53,052 bases of DNA from Candidatus Staskawiczbacteria bacterium (GTDB taxonomy: Bacteria; Patescibacteriota; Minisyncoccia; Minisyncoccales; Staskawiczbacteraceae), in NCBI GenBank assembly GCA_963778905.1, contig CAVZWH010000007.1, forward strand, positions 1 through 53,052, in the 5' to 3' direction. This document shows positions 35,071-44,989 of the stretch, piece after piece. The position numbers were made by a program, and so were the translations under genes. Each line of letters starts with the position of its first letter. Position 1 is the first letter of the stretch. The notes beneath the pieces are model-generated. The model worked only from the letters and a program-made list of their open reading frames with translations. It did not search any database and was not told where the DNA came from.

Positions 35071-37024
35071 AACCACGAACCAATTATTGATCGTTGGCAT
35101 CACCCCTTATTTTTTAGATAAGGAGTTTTTTTGGTTTGAGGAAAATCTGCAAAAAGTGCTTGATGCCAGGAGCACACAAAACTTTTTTGAAGATAATGTA
35201 ATTTTTTTGCAAAAAGACCACAGCGTTAATTTTTCAAACTTTTTGAGAAAACTGGATGAAATGGGATATGAAAGAGTTTTTAAGATTTCAGACCCCGGCG
35301 AATTTTCACAGCGGGGCGGAATAATTGATGTCTTCCCCGTTAACACAGAAAACGCAATGCGTTTGGATTTTTTGGGAAACGAAGTAGATGAAATAAAAAT
35401 TTTAGATATAAAAATTGATGACGAAAAAAAATCCAAAGAGGTTTTGAAAAAAAGATTAAAATCGCAAAAAATATTTTCAGAATTAAAAGGATTAAAACCA
35501 GGAGATTATTTAGTTCACTTAGACCACGGCATTGGAAAATTTATTGGAATAGAAAAATTTCAGACAGCAATTGAGCAATCTCAAGATTATTATGTTTTAG
35601 AATATGCAGAAGAAGATAAATTATATGTGCCGGTTGGATTGGAAAGAAAATTGTCGCGATATGTTGGTTTTCAAGATCCAAAAATTTCACGGCTGGGCTC
35701 TAATTTATGGCAGAAGACAAAAAGAAAAATTAAAGAAGAGGTTGAAAAAATGGCTAAAGAGCTTTTACAATTGTACGCACAAAAAGAAATCGTTCAAAGA
35801 ACTCCTTATATAGAAGATATAGAGTTGGAATCCCAGTTAAAATCCGGTTTTATTTTTGAGGAAACTCCAGACCAAATGCAGGCTATAGAAGATATTAAAA
35901 AAGATTTAAGAAAAACAAAGCCTATGGACAGAATTGTCTGCGGAGATGTCGGTTTTGGCAAAACAGAAGTGGCAATGAGGACAGCTTTATTAGCTTCAGC
36001 CAACAGCAGGCAGACAGCTTTAATTTGCCCGACAACAATTTTGGCAAACCAGCATTTTAATTCTTTTCAAAAAAGATTTGAAAAGCTGCCTGTAAGAATT
36101 GCCATGATGACAAGGTTGCAGACAAAATCAGAACAGAAAAAGGTCGCTAAAGATTTATCAGAAGGAAAAATAGATATTGTAATCGGCACGCACAGGCTTT
36201 TGTCAAAAGATATAGAATTCAAAAATTTGCAGCTTTTAATTATTGATGACGAACAAAGATTTGGCGTAAAGCAAAAAGAAAGGCTAAGGCAAATGAAGCC
36301 CAGCTTGGATATTTTAAGTTTGTCGGCAACCCCAATTCCCCGCACAATTTATTTGGCTCTCTCGTCTTTCAAAAATATTTCTTTAATGCAAACCCCGCCA
36401 AAAGGCAGACAAGCAATAAAAACAGAAGTTTTGGAGTATAAAAATAAAATTGTTAAAAAAATAATTGATGCCGAATTAAAAAGAAAAGGCGAAATTTATT
36501 TTTTGCATAATAGAGTTGAGACAATTGAAAAAACAGCGGAGAAAATAAAAGAATTATGCCCGAAGGCAAAAGTTGGGTTAATACACGGCAGGCTTCCGGA
36601 AAAAAAATTAATAAAAATAATGGATGACTTTCAAAAAGAAAAAACAAATATTTTGGTTGCCACAACAATTATTGAAAACGGATTGGATTTGCCAAATGTA
36701 AACACCATTATAATAGAAGATGCCACGCGACTTGGGCTTTCACAGGCGCACCAAATACGCGGAAGAGTTGGCAGGTCTGACACAAAAAGTTTTGCATACT
36801 TTTTGTATGACAAAAAAAATCTTACTCCGTTGGTCAGGGAAAGATTAAAGGCCTTGGAAGATTCGCAGGAACTTGGAGCTGGTTATAAAATTGCAATTAA
36901 AGATTTAGAGCTTCGTGGAGCCGGAAACATTTTGGGGAAAGAACAATCCGGCGCCATAAACAAAATCGGCTTGAATTTGTATTCACAAATTCTTAGCGAA
37001 GCAGTTGAAAAATTAAGGACATAA
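35054..37024 (+). CDS. mfd: Short Mfd-like transcription-repair coupling factor
   Basis: GEFSQRGGIIDVF, CarD-like VVHLDHGIG, CGDVGFGKTE, DDEQRFG, SATPIPRT, QIRGRVGR, DLELRGAGNILGKEQSG; ends directly after the TRG motif. Confidence 0.9.
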   Translation: MSIINKTTNQLLIVGITPYFLDKEFFWFEENLQKVLDARSTQNFFEDNVIFLQKDHSVNFSNFLRKLDEMGYERVFKISDPGEFSQRGGIIDVFPVNTENAMRLDFLGNEVDEIKILDIKIDDEKKSKEVLKKRLKSQKIFSELKGLKPGDYLVHLDHGIGKFIGIEKFQTAIEQSQDYYVLEYAEEDKLYVPVGLERKLSRYVGFQDPKISRLGSNLWQKTKRKIKEEVEKMAKELLQLYAQKEIVQRTPYIEDIELESQLKSGFIFEETPDQMQAIEDIKKDLRKTKPMDRIVCGDVGFGKTEVAMRTALLASANSRQTALICPTTILANQHFNSFQKRFEKLPVRIAMMTRLQTKSEQKKVAKDLSEGKIDIVIGTHRLLSKDIEFKNLQLLIIDDEQRFGVKQKERLRQMKPSLDILSLSATPIPRTIYLALSSFKNISLMQTPPKGRQAIKTEVLEYKNKIVKKIIDAELKRKGEIYFLHNRVETIEKTAEKIKELCPKAKVGLIHGRLPEKKLIKIMDDFQKEKTNILVATTIIENGLDLPNVNTIIIEDATRLGLSQAHQIRGRVGRSDTKSFAYFLYDKKNLTPLVRERLKALEDSQELGAGYKIAIKDLELRGAGNILGKEQSGAINKIGLNLYSQILSEAVEKLRT

Positions 37025-37049
37025 TTAATTTTATGTTATAGTAATAAAA

Positions 37050-37919
37050 ATGGACGAGATAAAATTTATAAAAATTGAAGACGAAAATTATCCAGAAGAA
37101 TTGAAAAAGATTAAGCAAGCTCCGAAAGTTTTATATTATAGAGGAGTTTTGCCTCAGCTAAATGAAAAATGTTTTGCAATTGTTGGCACAAGACGTTGTT
37201 CGCCATACGGACAGCAGGTTGCTTTAAAAATTTCTAGCGAGCTGGCTGACGTGGGTTTGACCATTGTTTCAGGTTTAGCTCCCGGAATTGATACTTTTTC
37301 ACACAGAGCTGTTGTTGAAAAAAGAAAACGCACAATCGCTGTTTTGGGAACAGGACTGGATGAAAAATCAATTTATCCGCAAACAAATTTAGATTTATCC
37401 AGAAAAATTATAGAGTACGGCGGATGTTTAATTTCTGAACTGCCCGAAGGAACTCCGGGAGCAATTTTTACTTTTCCAAGACGCAACAGAATAATCTCCG
37501 GGCTAAGTTTAGCCGTATTAGTAGTGGAAGCAAAAGAAAAATCAGGTTCGTTAATTACAGCTGACTGGGCAGTAAAACAAAATAAAAAGTTATTTGCAAT
37601 TCCAGGGTCAATTTATTCTTCAAACTCTGCGGGTCCAAATAAGCTAATAAAAAACGGCGCGAAATTAATTGCAAACACAAACGATATTTTAGAAGAATTA
37701 GGATTGTCGCATTTAGAAATTTCAAAAAATAATATTGAAGCTGAAAACAAGGAAGAAAAATTAATTTTAGACGCATTGAAAGAAGAGTCGCTACACGTTG
37801 ATAAAATTATTGAAAAAACAAAGTTAAATGCTTCTGTTACTGCAACAGCCCTTGCTTTAATGGAAATTTCGGGTAAAATACGCAGTTTAGGAAGCAACAT
37901 ATATTCATTAAATAGTTAA
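37050..37919 (+). CDS. dprA: DNA-processing protein DprA
   Basis: AIVGTRRCSPYG, VSGLAPGID, FPRRNRIISGLS, SGSLITA, C-terminal wHTH. Confidence 0.95.
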   Translation: MDEIKFIKIEDENYPEELKKIKQAPKVLYYRGVLPQLNEKCFAIVGTRRCSPYGQQVALKISSELADVGLTIVSGLAPGIDTFSHRAVVEKRKRTIAVLGTGLDEKSIYPQTNLDLSRKIIEYGGCLISELPEGTPGAIFTFPRRNRIISGLSLAVLVVEAKEKSGSLITADWAVKQNKKLFAIPGSIYSSNSAGPNKLIKNGAKLIANTNDILEELGLSHLEISKNNIEAENKEEKLILDALKEESLHVDKIIEKTKLNASVTATALALMEISGKIRSLGSNIYSLNS

Positions 37920-37922
37920 AAC

Positions 37923-39941
37923 ATGAAAAGTTTAGTAATAGTAGAAAGCCCCACAAAGGCAAAAACAATTCAAAAATTTTTAGGCGACACTTTTATTATC
38001 AAGTCGTCTTTCGGTCACGTGAGAGATTTGCCAAAAAGAGAATTTGGAGTAGATGTTGAAAAAAACTTTGAGCCAAAATATGTTATTCCTCCAAAAGCTA
38101 AAAAAGTTATCGCTGAATTAAAAAAGGATTCTGCAAAAGCAGACAATACAATTCTGGCAACTGACGAAGACCGCGAAGGAGAATCAATTGCCTGGCACTT
38201 GCAGCAGGCCTTAAAATTAAAAAATCCACAAAGAATTGTATTCCATGAAATTACAAAAACAGCAATTGAAAATGCTTTAGAAAAACCGAGGCACATTGAT
38301 ATGAATTTGGTTGACGCCCAGCAGGCAAGAAGAATTTTAGACAGAATCGTGGGCTATAAACTCTCTCCATTTTTATGGAAAAAAGTTGCCAAAGGGTTGT
38401 CAGCGGGCAGAGTGCAATCTGTGGCTGTAAGATTAATCGTTGAAAAAGAAAGAGAAATTGAAAAATTTGTCCCAACAGAATATTGGAGTATTGAAGCAAT
38501 TTTGAAAAACGACCCACAAGTGGGTACCCCGAAAGAATTTGTCGCAAAACTTGTGAAAATTGACGGACTGGTAAAGAATAAATCAGAGGCAGATAAAATT
38601 TTACAGGATTTGAATAATGCAGATTATATTGTAGATTCTGTAGAAAAAAAAGAAACAAAAAGATATCCTGCTCCCCCGTTCACAACCAGCACCCTGCAGC
38701 AGGCCTCATGGCAAAGATTTAAGTTTTCTGCAAAAATGACAATGTCTTTGGCGCAACGGCTTTACGAAGAAGGAAATATTACTTATCACAGAACTGATTC
38801 GTTAAATTTGTCTGAAACGTCATTGGCTGCTGCAAAAGATTTTATTTCAGAAAAATATGGAAAAAATTATTGGACCGGAAAAATTGTAAAATATAAAACA
38901 AAAAGTAATTCGGCGCAGGAAGCGCACGAAGCTATAAGGCCAGCTTATGCTGCCCGCACACCAGAATCATTAAAAAATTTAGATTCAAGACAATTAAAAC
39001 TTTACACATTAATTTGGCAAAGATTTATCGCCTGCCAAATGGCGCCGGCTATACTTGATTCAGTTGCCGCTGATATCAATGCAAAAAATTATACTTTCAG
39101 AGCCAATGGCCAGACCTTAAGGTTTGACGGATTTTTGAAAGTTTATCCGACAAAATTTGAGGAAACAGAACTGCCTGATTTGGAAAAGGGACACAAATTG
39201 GACTTTGTAAAATTAGACTCTCTGCAGCATTTTACAGAGCCACCGGCAAGATACACCGAAGCCAGTTTAATAAAAACTTTGGAAAAATTTGGCATTGGCA
39301 GACCTTCAACTTATGCTCCAACTTTGTCTACAATCCAAGACAGAAATTATGTTGAAAAAAATGAACAAAAAAGATTTGTGCCCACAGAAATGGGAACCAT
39401 TGTGAATGACGTTTTAGTCAAAAATTTTCCTGAAATTGTTGATATAGATTTTACGGTAAAAATGGAAAAAGAATTAGACGAGATAGCTGACGGAAAAGAC
39501 ACCTGGCAAAAAACCTGCAAAGATTTTTATACTCCGTTTGCCAAAAACCTGGAAAACAAATATAAAGAAGTAAAGAAAGAAAACCTTACAGAAAAGACCG
39601 ATAAAATCTGTCCAAAATGCGGCTCTCCAATAATTGAACGAATGGGAAGATTTGGAAGATTTTATGCCTGCTCTAAATTTCCCGAATGCAAATATACAGA
39701 ATCTATAGAAGATAAAAACAAAAATTTAGGAATTAAATGTCCAAAATGCAAAGAAGGAGATATTGTTGCTAGAAAAACTAAGCGAAAAAAAATATTTTAT
39801 GGCTGCAATAAATTTCCAAAATGCGACTTTGCTTTATGGGACAAGCCGATAAATGAATTTTGTCCGAAGTGCAACTCAATACTGACCCAAAAAGGCAAAC
39901 AAATAAAATGTTCTAATAAGGAGTGTGATTATGTCAAATGA
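37923..39941 (+). CDS. topA: DNA topoisomerase I
   Basis: IVESPTKAKTI, ATDEDREGE, SAGRVQS, ITYHRTD, AQEAHEAIRP; three C-terminal Zn ribbons. Confidence 0.97.
   Translation: MKSLVIVESPTKAKTIQKFLGDTFIIKSSFGHVRDLPKREFGVDVEKNFEPKYVIPPKAKKVIAELKKDSAKADNTILATDEDREGESIAWHLQQALKLKNPQRIVFHEITKTAIENALEKPRHIDMNLVDAQQARRILDRIVGYKLSPFLWKKVAKGLSAGRVQSVAVRLIVEKEREIEKFVPTEYWSIEAILKNDPQVGTPKEFVAKLVKIDGLVKNKSEADKILQDLNNADYIVDSVEKKETKRYPAPPFTTSTLQQASWQRFKFSAKMTMSLAQRLYEEGNITYHRTDSLNLSETSLAAAKDFISEKYGKNYWTGKIVKYKTKSNSAQEAHEAIRPAYAARTPESLKNLDSRQLKLYTLIWQRFIACQMAPAILDSVAADINAKNYTFRANGQTLRFDGFLKVYPTKFEETELPDLEKGHKLDFVKLDSLQHFTEPPARYTEASLIKTLEKFGIGRPSTYAPTLSTIQDRNYVEKNEQKRFVPTEMGTIVNDVLVKNFPEIVDIDFTVKMEKELDEIADGKDTWQKTCKDFYTPFAKNLENKYKEVKKENLTEKTDKICPKCGSPIIERMGRFGRFYACSKFPECKYTESIEDKNKNLGIKCPKCKEGDIVARKTKRKKIFYGCNKFPKCDFALWDKPINEFCPKCNSILTQKGKQIKCSNKECDYVK
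38510..38530 (+). repeat. 21-nt micro-hairpin repeat, in frame in topA (DPQVGTP)
   Basis: CGACCCACAAGTGGGTACCCC. Confidence 0.7.
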
Positions 39942-41728
39942 CATACAAAAAATAATAAAAAGAAGTTCAGATCCAAAATTAATTGAGTCTGCTTTTGAGT
40001 TTGCCAAAGAAGCCTACAAAGATAAAAATCGCATATCCGGAGAAAATTACATTTATCATGCTACCAGGGTGGCTTTGGCTCTTGATAAAATGGGTTTAGA
40101 CCCGACAACAATTGCTTTTGGAATATTGCACGACGTGTTGGATGACCTGCCCAGCTCTGCAAAAAATGTTGAAGCAAAAGAGATTGAAAAAAAATTCGAC
40201 AAAGAAACAGCCAAGCTGGTAGAAAAAATTTCAGAACTCGGCAAAGTCCGCTATTCTTTGTCAATCAATATAAAAGATAAAAAAACACTTACAAGAGAAA
40301 AAATAGAAAATTTGAGAAGAATGTTTTTAGCTATAGCCGGAGATTTAAGGGTGGTTTTAGTAGAACTTATTTCAAGATTAGACACCTTAAATTTTTTGCG
40401 AGATTTGCCGGAAGACCAGCGAAAGTTATATGCTCTTGAAACTTTACAGGTTTTTGTTCCTGTTGCCAACAGATTGGGTTTAAGTGAAATCAGAAGAAGT
40501 CTTGAAGATATAGCTTTTTCCTATTTATTCCCGGAAAAATTTAAGCAGCTGAAAGAAAACATCAAAGAACAATACGAAGAAAGAGAAAAATATCTCAAAA
40601 AATTTATTCCGCACTTGAGAAAAATTTTCAAAAAAGAAAGGGTAAAAGTTTTGGGTATAAATTACAGGGCAAAATCATATTGGAGCACCTATCAAAAATT
40701 AGTTAAACACAATATGGATTTTGAAAAAATCCACGATTTGCTGGCTTTAAGAATAATTGTTGCTGACATTGAAAGCTGTTATAAAGTTTTGGGCATAATT
40801 CACAAACATTTTAAGCCCATTTCCGAGGAAATCAACGATTACATTGCCAAGCCAAAATCCAATGGATACAGATCGTTGCACACTACAATTTTTCCCGAAG
40901 AAGGAAAAATAACTGAAATTCAAATAAGAACCGATGAAATGAACAAAGAGGCCGAATACGGCATTTGCGCGCACTGGTCATACAAAGAAAAAATAGATCT
41001 TAAAAAAGAAAGCAAAAACTTTGAATGGATGAACACCGTTAGAAGTCAGGGGGACTTGGAAAAAATACAAAAAAAGCAAACTTCTAACGGGGTAAAAGAT
41101 GTGCCGGAATTTTGGAAAACTTTCAAAATTGACTTTTTTACAAACCAAATTTTTACTTTTACCCCAAAAGGAGATGTTATTGTTTTACCAAAAGGTTCAA
41201 GCGCAGTTGATTTTGCTTATGCTGTGCACTCAGATATCGGGAATCACTGCGAGTTCGGCAAAAATCGGCGGCAAAATAGTCCCGCTTGATCATGTTTTAG
41301 AAAATGGAAATGTGGTGGAAGTCGCTGTAAATAAAAATAAAAATCCAAGCAAAGATTGGTTAAGATTTGTCAAAACATCTTTAGCAAAATCACATATAAA
41401 AAAACTCACCGCACAAAACGAAACTGGATTTAAGTTTCCTATTCCCGGTTTTATAAAAAGGAAATTTGCTGAAATTTCCGAGGCCGCAAAAAAGAAAAAG
41501 GAAGAAAAAAATTTGATTAAAAAAGGTGGAATGAGGCATATTTATTTGGCGGGCCAAAAAGGAATGCTAATTCACATCGCAAAATGTTGCAATCCCCAGC
41601 CCGGAGACAAAGTTTCAGCTTATCTTTCCCAACACAGAGCCGCTGTTTTGCACAGAACCTCGTGCAGTAATTTCAAAAAAATTGCAGAAAAATTCCCGGA
41701 AAAAATAATCGATGCTTCGTGGGAGTAG
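39931..41728 (+). CDS. rel: RelA/SpoT-family (p)ppGpp synthetase/hydrolase, split by a +1 frameshift at about 41254
   Basis: HD motif (LHDVLDD), synthetase (DLLALRII, PKSNGYRSLHTT, EIQIRT), TGS (VDFAYAVHSDIGNHC). Removing one T from GAG-T-TCG joins SAKIGGKIVPLDHVLENG of the 41099-41728 ORF. Confidence 0.88.
41034..41092. mobile_element. MITE-like element, 59 bp, in frame inside rel
   Basis: CACCGTTAGAAGT...ACTTCTAACGGGG flanked by TGAA / TAAA; element plus one TSD = 63 bp = 21 codons. Confidence 0.8.
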
Positions 41729-41768
41729 CCTTGAAAAACCATCAAAAATTTGCTAAAATTAAAAATAA

Positions 41769-41852
41769 GCCGAGGTGGTGAAATTGGCAAACACGCCGGA
41801 CTCAAAATCCGGTGCCCTTAAAAGCTTGAGGGTTCAAGTCCCTCCCTCGGCA
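41769..41852 (+). tRNA. tRNA-Leu(CAA)
   Basis: Acceptor GCCGAGG/CCTCGGC-A, anticodon arm CCGGA-CTCAAAA-TCCGG, long variable arm, T arm GAGGG-TTCAAGT-CCCTC; CCA not encoded. Confidence 0.95.
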
Positions 41853-41857
41853 CAATA

Positions 41858-41884
41858 AAAAAGCTAGGTCGGACCTAGCTTTTT
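41858..41884. terminator. Bidirectional terminator
   Basis: AAAAAGCTAGGTC-G-GACCTAGCTTTTT between convergent genes. Confidence 0.8.
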
Positions 41885-41886
41885 GT

Positions 41887-42633
41887 TTATACCTCGTATT
41901 CTTCCAAGGGTTCTGGCAGTATTATTTTTAATCCGGTTGCAGGGATTGCTTCTACTACTCTTTTTCTTGTTTCATTATTAAAAGCTCTTTTGAAGTGCGC
42001 CAATGCCAAACATTTTACATTATTTCTTTTTGCCATTTCAAAAACATCAACAGCCACAACGTGACCTTTAATTCTTTGGTCAAACATATAACATTCGTGC
42101 ATTAAAATATCTGCATCTTTATAAATTTTTTCAGTCCCATCATCAAACGGACCGTCTCCGCTATAACAAACTATTTTTTTATTATCATCAATTCTGACAG
42201 CAAGATTATATGCTGTATGAAGAGTTTTGGCAAAAGTTAATTTCAAATCATCAAACTGAATTTGTTTTCCATCTTCTGCGATTACAAATTTTATTTTGAA
42301 TCCGTAACTCGTTATTCCAAAATAAGCATGTTCTGTCAATCTTTCAATGTCTGCTTTAATCTGCTCTGAACAAATTATTGTCAAATCTTTTTTTCTTTCT
42401 TCTTCCAACATTCTTCCCAAAAGCGCGGGAATCCCGAATAAATGATCAGAGTGCCTGTGAGTTATGTACAAAGCGTCAATTAGAGAATGGTTTTTTGTAT
42501 ATTTCCAAAGTTGCCTGACAGCCGAATCTCCGCAATCAAGCATAATTGCGGTTTTGTCAGACAAAACCAAATGCGAATGATTGGGATATCTTTCGTCAAA
42601 TGCTTCGCCGTTACCCAAAAAAATTATCTTCAT
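41887..42633 (-). CDS. MBL-fold metallohydrolase (RNase Z/BN-like)
   Basis: IIFLGNG, LDCG, THRHSDHLFG, YSGDG, LMHEC, LAH motifs. Confidence 0.85.
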   Translation of the reverse strand: MKIIFLGNGEAFDERYPNHSHLVLSDKTAIMLDCGDSAVRQLWKYTKNHSLIDALYITHRHSDHLFGIPALLGRMLEEERKKDLTIICSEQIKADIERLTEHAYFGITSYGFKIKFVIAEDGKQIQFDDLKLTFAKTLHTAYNLAVRIDDNKKIVCYSGDGPFDDGTEKIYKDADILMHECYMFDQRIKGHVVAVDVFEMAKRNNVKCLALAHFKRAFNNETRKRVVEAIPATGLKIILPEPLEEYEV

Positions 42634-42635
42634 TA

Positions 42636-43178
42636 TTAATTATTATATCCTTTAATAATTTTGTGTGCGTACTTTCTGAATAATTTATTTAGCAACCAGC
42701 CCGTTAAAATTCCCAAAATAGCGCCTGCTAAAATGTCTGACGGCCAATGGACGCCGACAAATACCCTGGCAATAACAATAAAAAAGCTGGCAATATAAAA
42801 TAAAATTCCTGCCTTTTTATTGTAGAAAAAAATTATTGTAGATAAGGCAAAATAAAAAGATGCATGGCCAGAAGGAAAAGATGCTTCTTTGGCGCTTTGA
42901 TTTATTAGCGGAGCAAAATTCAAAGCCACAAATGGCCTCGGCCTAAACCACAACCAGCGAATAAAATCTGTTAATACAAAACTTGAAACAAGAGCTGAGA
43001 CAATTGCTTCTGCAACCATCTTCCAATATTTTTTGAAGCCAACAACTAAAAATAAAAATAATATAAATAATAAAACATAACCTAAATATTCTGCGCAAAA
43101 CATAGCAAAATAATCCAGCCACGTCCATCTGCCGGCAAACTGGTTAATTAAATTAAATAAATATAAATCTATGTTTAT
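42636..43178 (-). CDS. PAP2-family phosphatase (BcrC-like undecaprenyl-PP phosphatase)
   Basis: RPRPF, SFPSGHA, ARVFVGVHWPSDI. Homologous-looking N-terminus (NIDLYLFNLINQFAG) extends to an ATA codon at 43178. Confidence 0.85.
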   Translation of the reverse strand: MNIDLYLFNLINQFAGRWTWLDYFAMFCAEYLGYVLLFILFLFLVVGFKKYWKMVAEAIVSALVSSFVLTDFIRWLWFRPRPFVALNFAPLINQSAKEASFPSGHASFYFALSTIIFFYNKKAGILFYIASFFIVIARVFVGVHWPSDILAGAILGILTGWLLNKLFRKYAHKIIKGYNN

Positions 43179-43205
43179 AATTACATTAGGAACTTCTATA
43201 ATTTT

Positions 43206-44450
43206 TTATTTTGGCAATGGAAATTTTTTACAAAATTTTGCGATTTCCGCTCTGACCTTTTTTATTGATTTTGGATTTGAAATAACTTTATTTATCCAGC
43301 CGGCAATTTTTTTCATATCTTTTTCTTTCATTCCCCTGGTTGTAATTGCCGGAGTTCCCATTCTTATTCCCGACGGCTTAAACGGCGGAGCAGGATCATA
43401 AGGAATAGTATTTTTATTTATTGTAATTCCCGCTGTTTCCAATAAATTCTGCGCTTCCGGCCCTGCAATATTTTTATTTCTCAAATCAACTAAAATTAAA
43501 TGATTGTCTGTGCCCCCAGAAACCAAAGTAAAATCATATTTTTTCAATTCTTCTGCCAATGCTTTTGCATTTTTTACAATTTGTTTTGCATATTTTTTGA
43601 ATGCCGGGGTTGAAGCTTCTTTCAAACAAACTGCTATCGCAGCAATCTGATGCATATGAGGACCGCCCTGAAAACCTGGAAAAATTGCTTTATCAACTTT
43701 TTTTGCCAAATCCGGATCTTTATCCAAACCTTTTTGAGTTACCATAATCATTCCGCCCCTTGGCCCACGTAATGTCTTATGAGTTGTTGTAGAAATAATA
43801 TGAACATATGGCACTGGGCTTGGATGTGCTCCGCCAGCAACTAATCCTGCAATATGAGCAATATCGGCAACCAAATACGCATTTACAGAATCTGCAATAT
43901 CGCCCAATCTTTTCCAGTCAAAAATTCTTGGATAAGCCGTTGCTCCAACAAAAATTAATTTTGGCTTGTTTTCTTTTGCCAACTTTTCAATCTCATCATA
44001 ATTTATCAAATGCGTTTTTTCATCCACGCCATACTGAACTGAATTAAAAAATTTTGCAGAAAAATTTACTTTCCAGCCGTGAGTTAAATGTCCGCCCATT
44101 GGCAAAGACATTCCCATTATTGTATCGCCCGGCTCGCAAACTGCCATGTAAACCGCGGCATTGGCAGGCGAACCTGAATATGGCTGAACATTTGCGTGCG
44201 GAACCTTAAACAATTTTTTTGCTCGGTCGCGGCACAAATCCTCTAAAATATCATAATATTTTAACCCGGCATAATATCTTTTTCCAGGATAACCTTCTGC
44301 ATATTTGTCGGTTAAAATTGAGCCAAGCGCCTCCCTGACAGCGCCAGAGGAATGATTTTCAGAAGGAATCATTTCCAAAGATGTTTTTTGCCTTTCTGTT
44401 TCCAAATCAATTAATTTCGCAATTTGCGGATCTTGTTTTTTTAGTTTCAT
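43206..44450 (-). CDS. glyA: Serine hydroxymethyltransferase
   Basis: MIPSENH, KYAEGYPGKRYY, GGHLTHG, STTTHKTLRGPRGG. Confidence 0.97.
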   Translation of the reverse strand: MKLKKQDPQIAKLIDLETERQKTSLEMIPSENHSSGAVREALGSILTDKYAEGYPGKRYYAGLKYYDILEDLCRDRAKKLFKVPHANVQPYSGSPANAAVYMAVCEPGDTIMGMSLPMGGHLTHGWKVNFSAKFFNSVQYGVDEKTHLINYDEIEKLAKENKPKLIFVGATAYPRIFDWKRLGDIADSVNAYLVADIAHIAGLVAGGAHPSPVPYVHIISTTTHKTLRGPRGGMIMVTQKGLDKDPDLAKKVDKAIFPGFQGGPHMHQIAAIAVCLKEASTPAFKKYAKQIVKNAKALAEELKKYDFTLVSGGTDNHLILVDLRNKNIAGPEAQNLLETAGITINKNTIPYDPAPPFKPSGIRMGTPAITTRGMKEKDMKKIAGWINKVISNPKSIKKVRAEIAKFCKKFPLPK

Positions 44451-44989
44451 CGCCTTAAAATTTTAATTTTGTTATTTGTTAAATCTATTATTTTTGAAGA
44501 TTTATTATTTTTAACATTTCCCCCGTCTATTATCAAAATATCTGATTTATCAAATTGTTTTATTATGTCGCTTATTTTTGTTAAAACGGGCTTGCCCGAC
44601 AAATTAACCGATGTTTGCACCAGCGGTTTATTTATTTTTTTCAATAAATCATTCAAAAATTTATTTTTTGGAATTCTTAAAGCGACTGTGCCATTTTTGG
44701 ATTTCAAAACAAACGTATATTTTCCCGGCCATTTTTTCTTTATAATTTTTTCTTGGTTTTTATCAATTTCCGCAAGCTCTTTTGCCATTTTCAAATCTTT
44801 TACAAAAATAGCCAAAGGTTTTGACTTTGCTCTTTTTTTTATTTTATATATTTTTTCAACTGCCTTTTTATTTGAAGACAAAGCTAAAAAACCATAAACT
44901 GTATCTGTGGGGCAAACAACAACGCCTCCTGCCAGTAAAACTTTTATTGCTTTATTTTTTGCAGCTTTTGACTTTTTTACAATCTCCAT
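44447..44989 (-). CDS. tsaC: Threonylcarbamoyl-AMP synthase (TsaC/Sua5/YrdC)
   Basis: PTDTVYG, KIYKIKKR, WPGKYTFVL, VALRIP, TSVNLSG, SKIIDL. Confidence 0.92.
   Translation of the reverse strand: MEIVKKSKAAKNKAIKVLLAGGVVVCPTDTVYGFLALSSNKKAVEKIYKIKKRAKSKPLAIFVKDLKMAKELAEIDKNQEKIIKKKWPGKYTFVLKSKNGTVALRIPKNKFLNDLLKKINKPLVQTSVNLSGKPVLTKISDIIKQFDKSDILIIDGGNVKNNKSSKIIDLTNNKIKILRR

Noticed and set aside
35335-35343. CCCCGTTAA in mfd as a MITE end
   Set aside because: Encodes conserved DVFPVN; diverges after 8 bp; no partner TIR.
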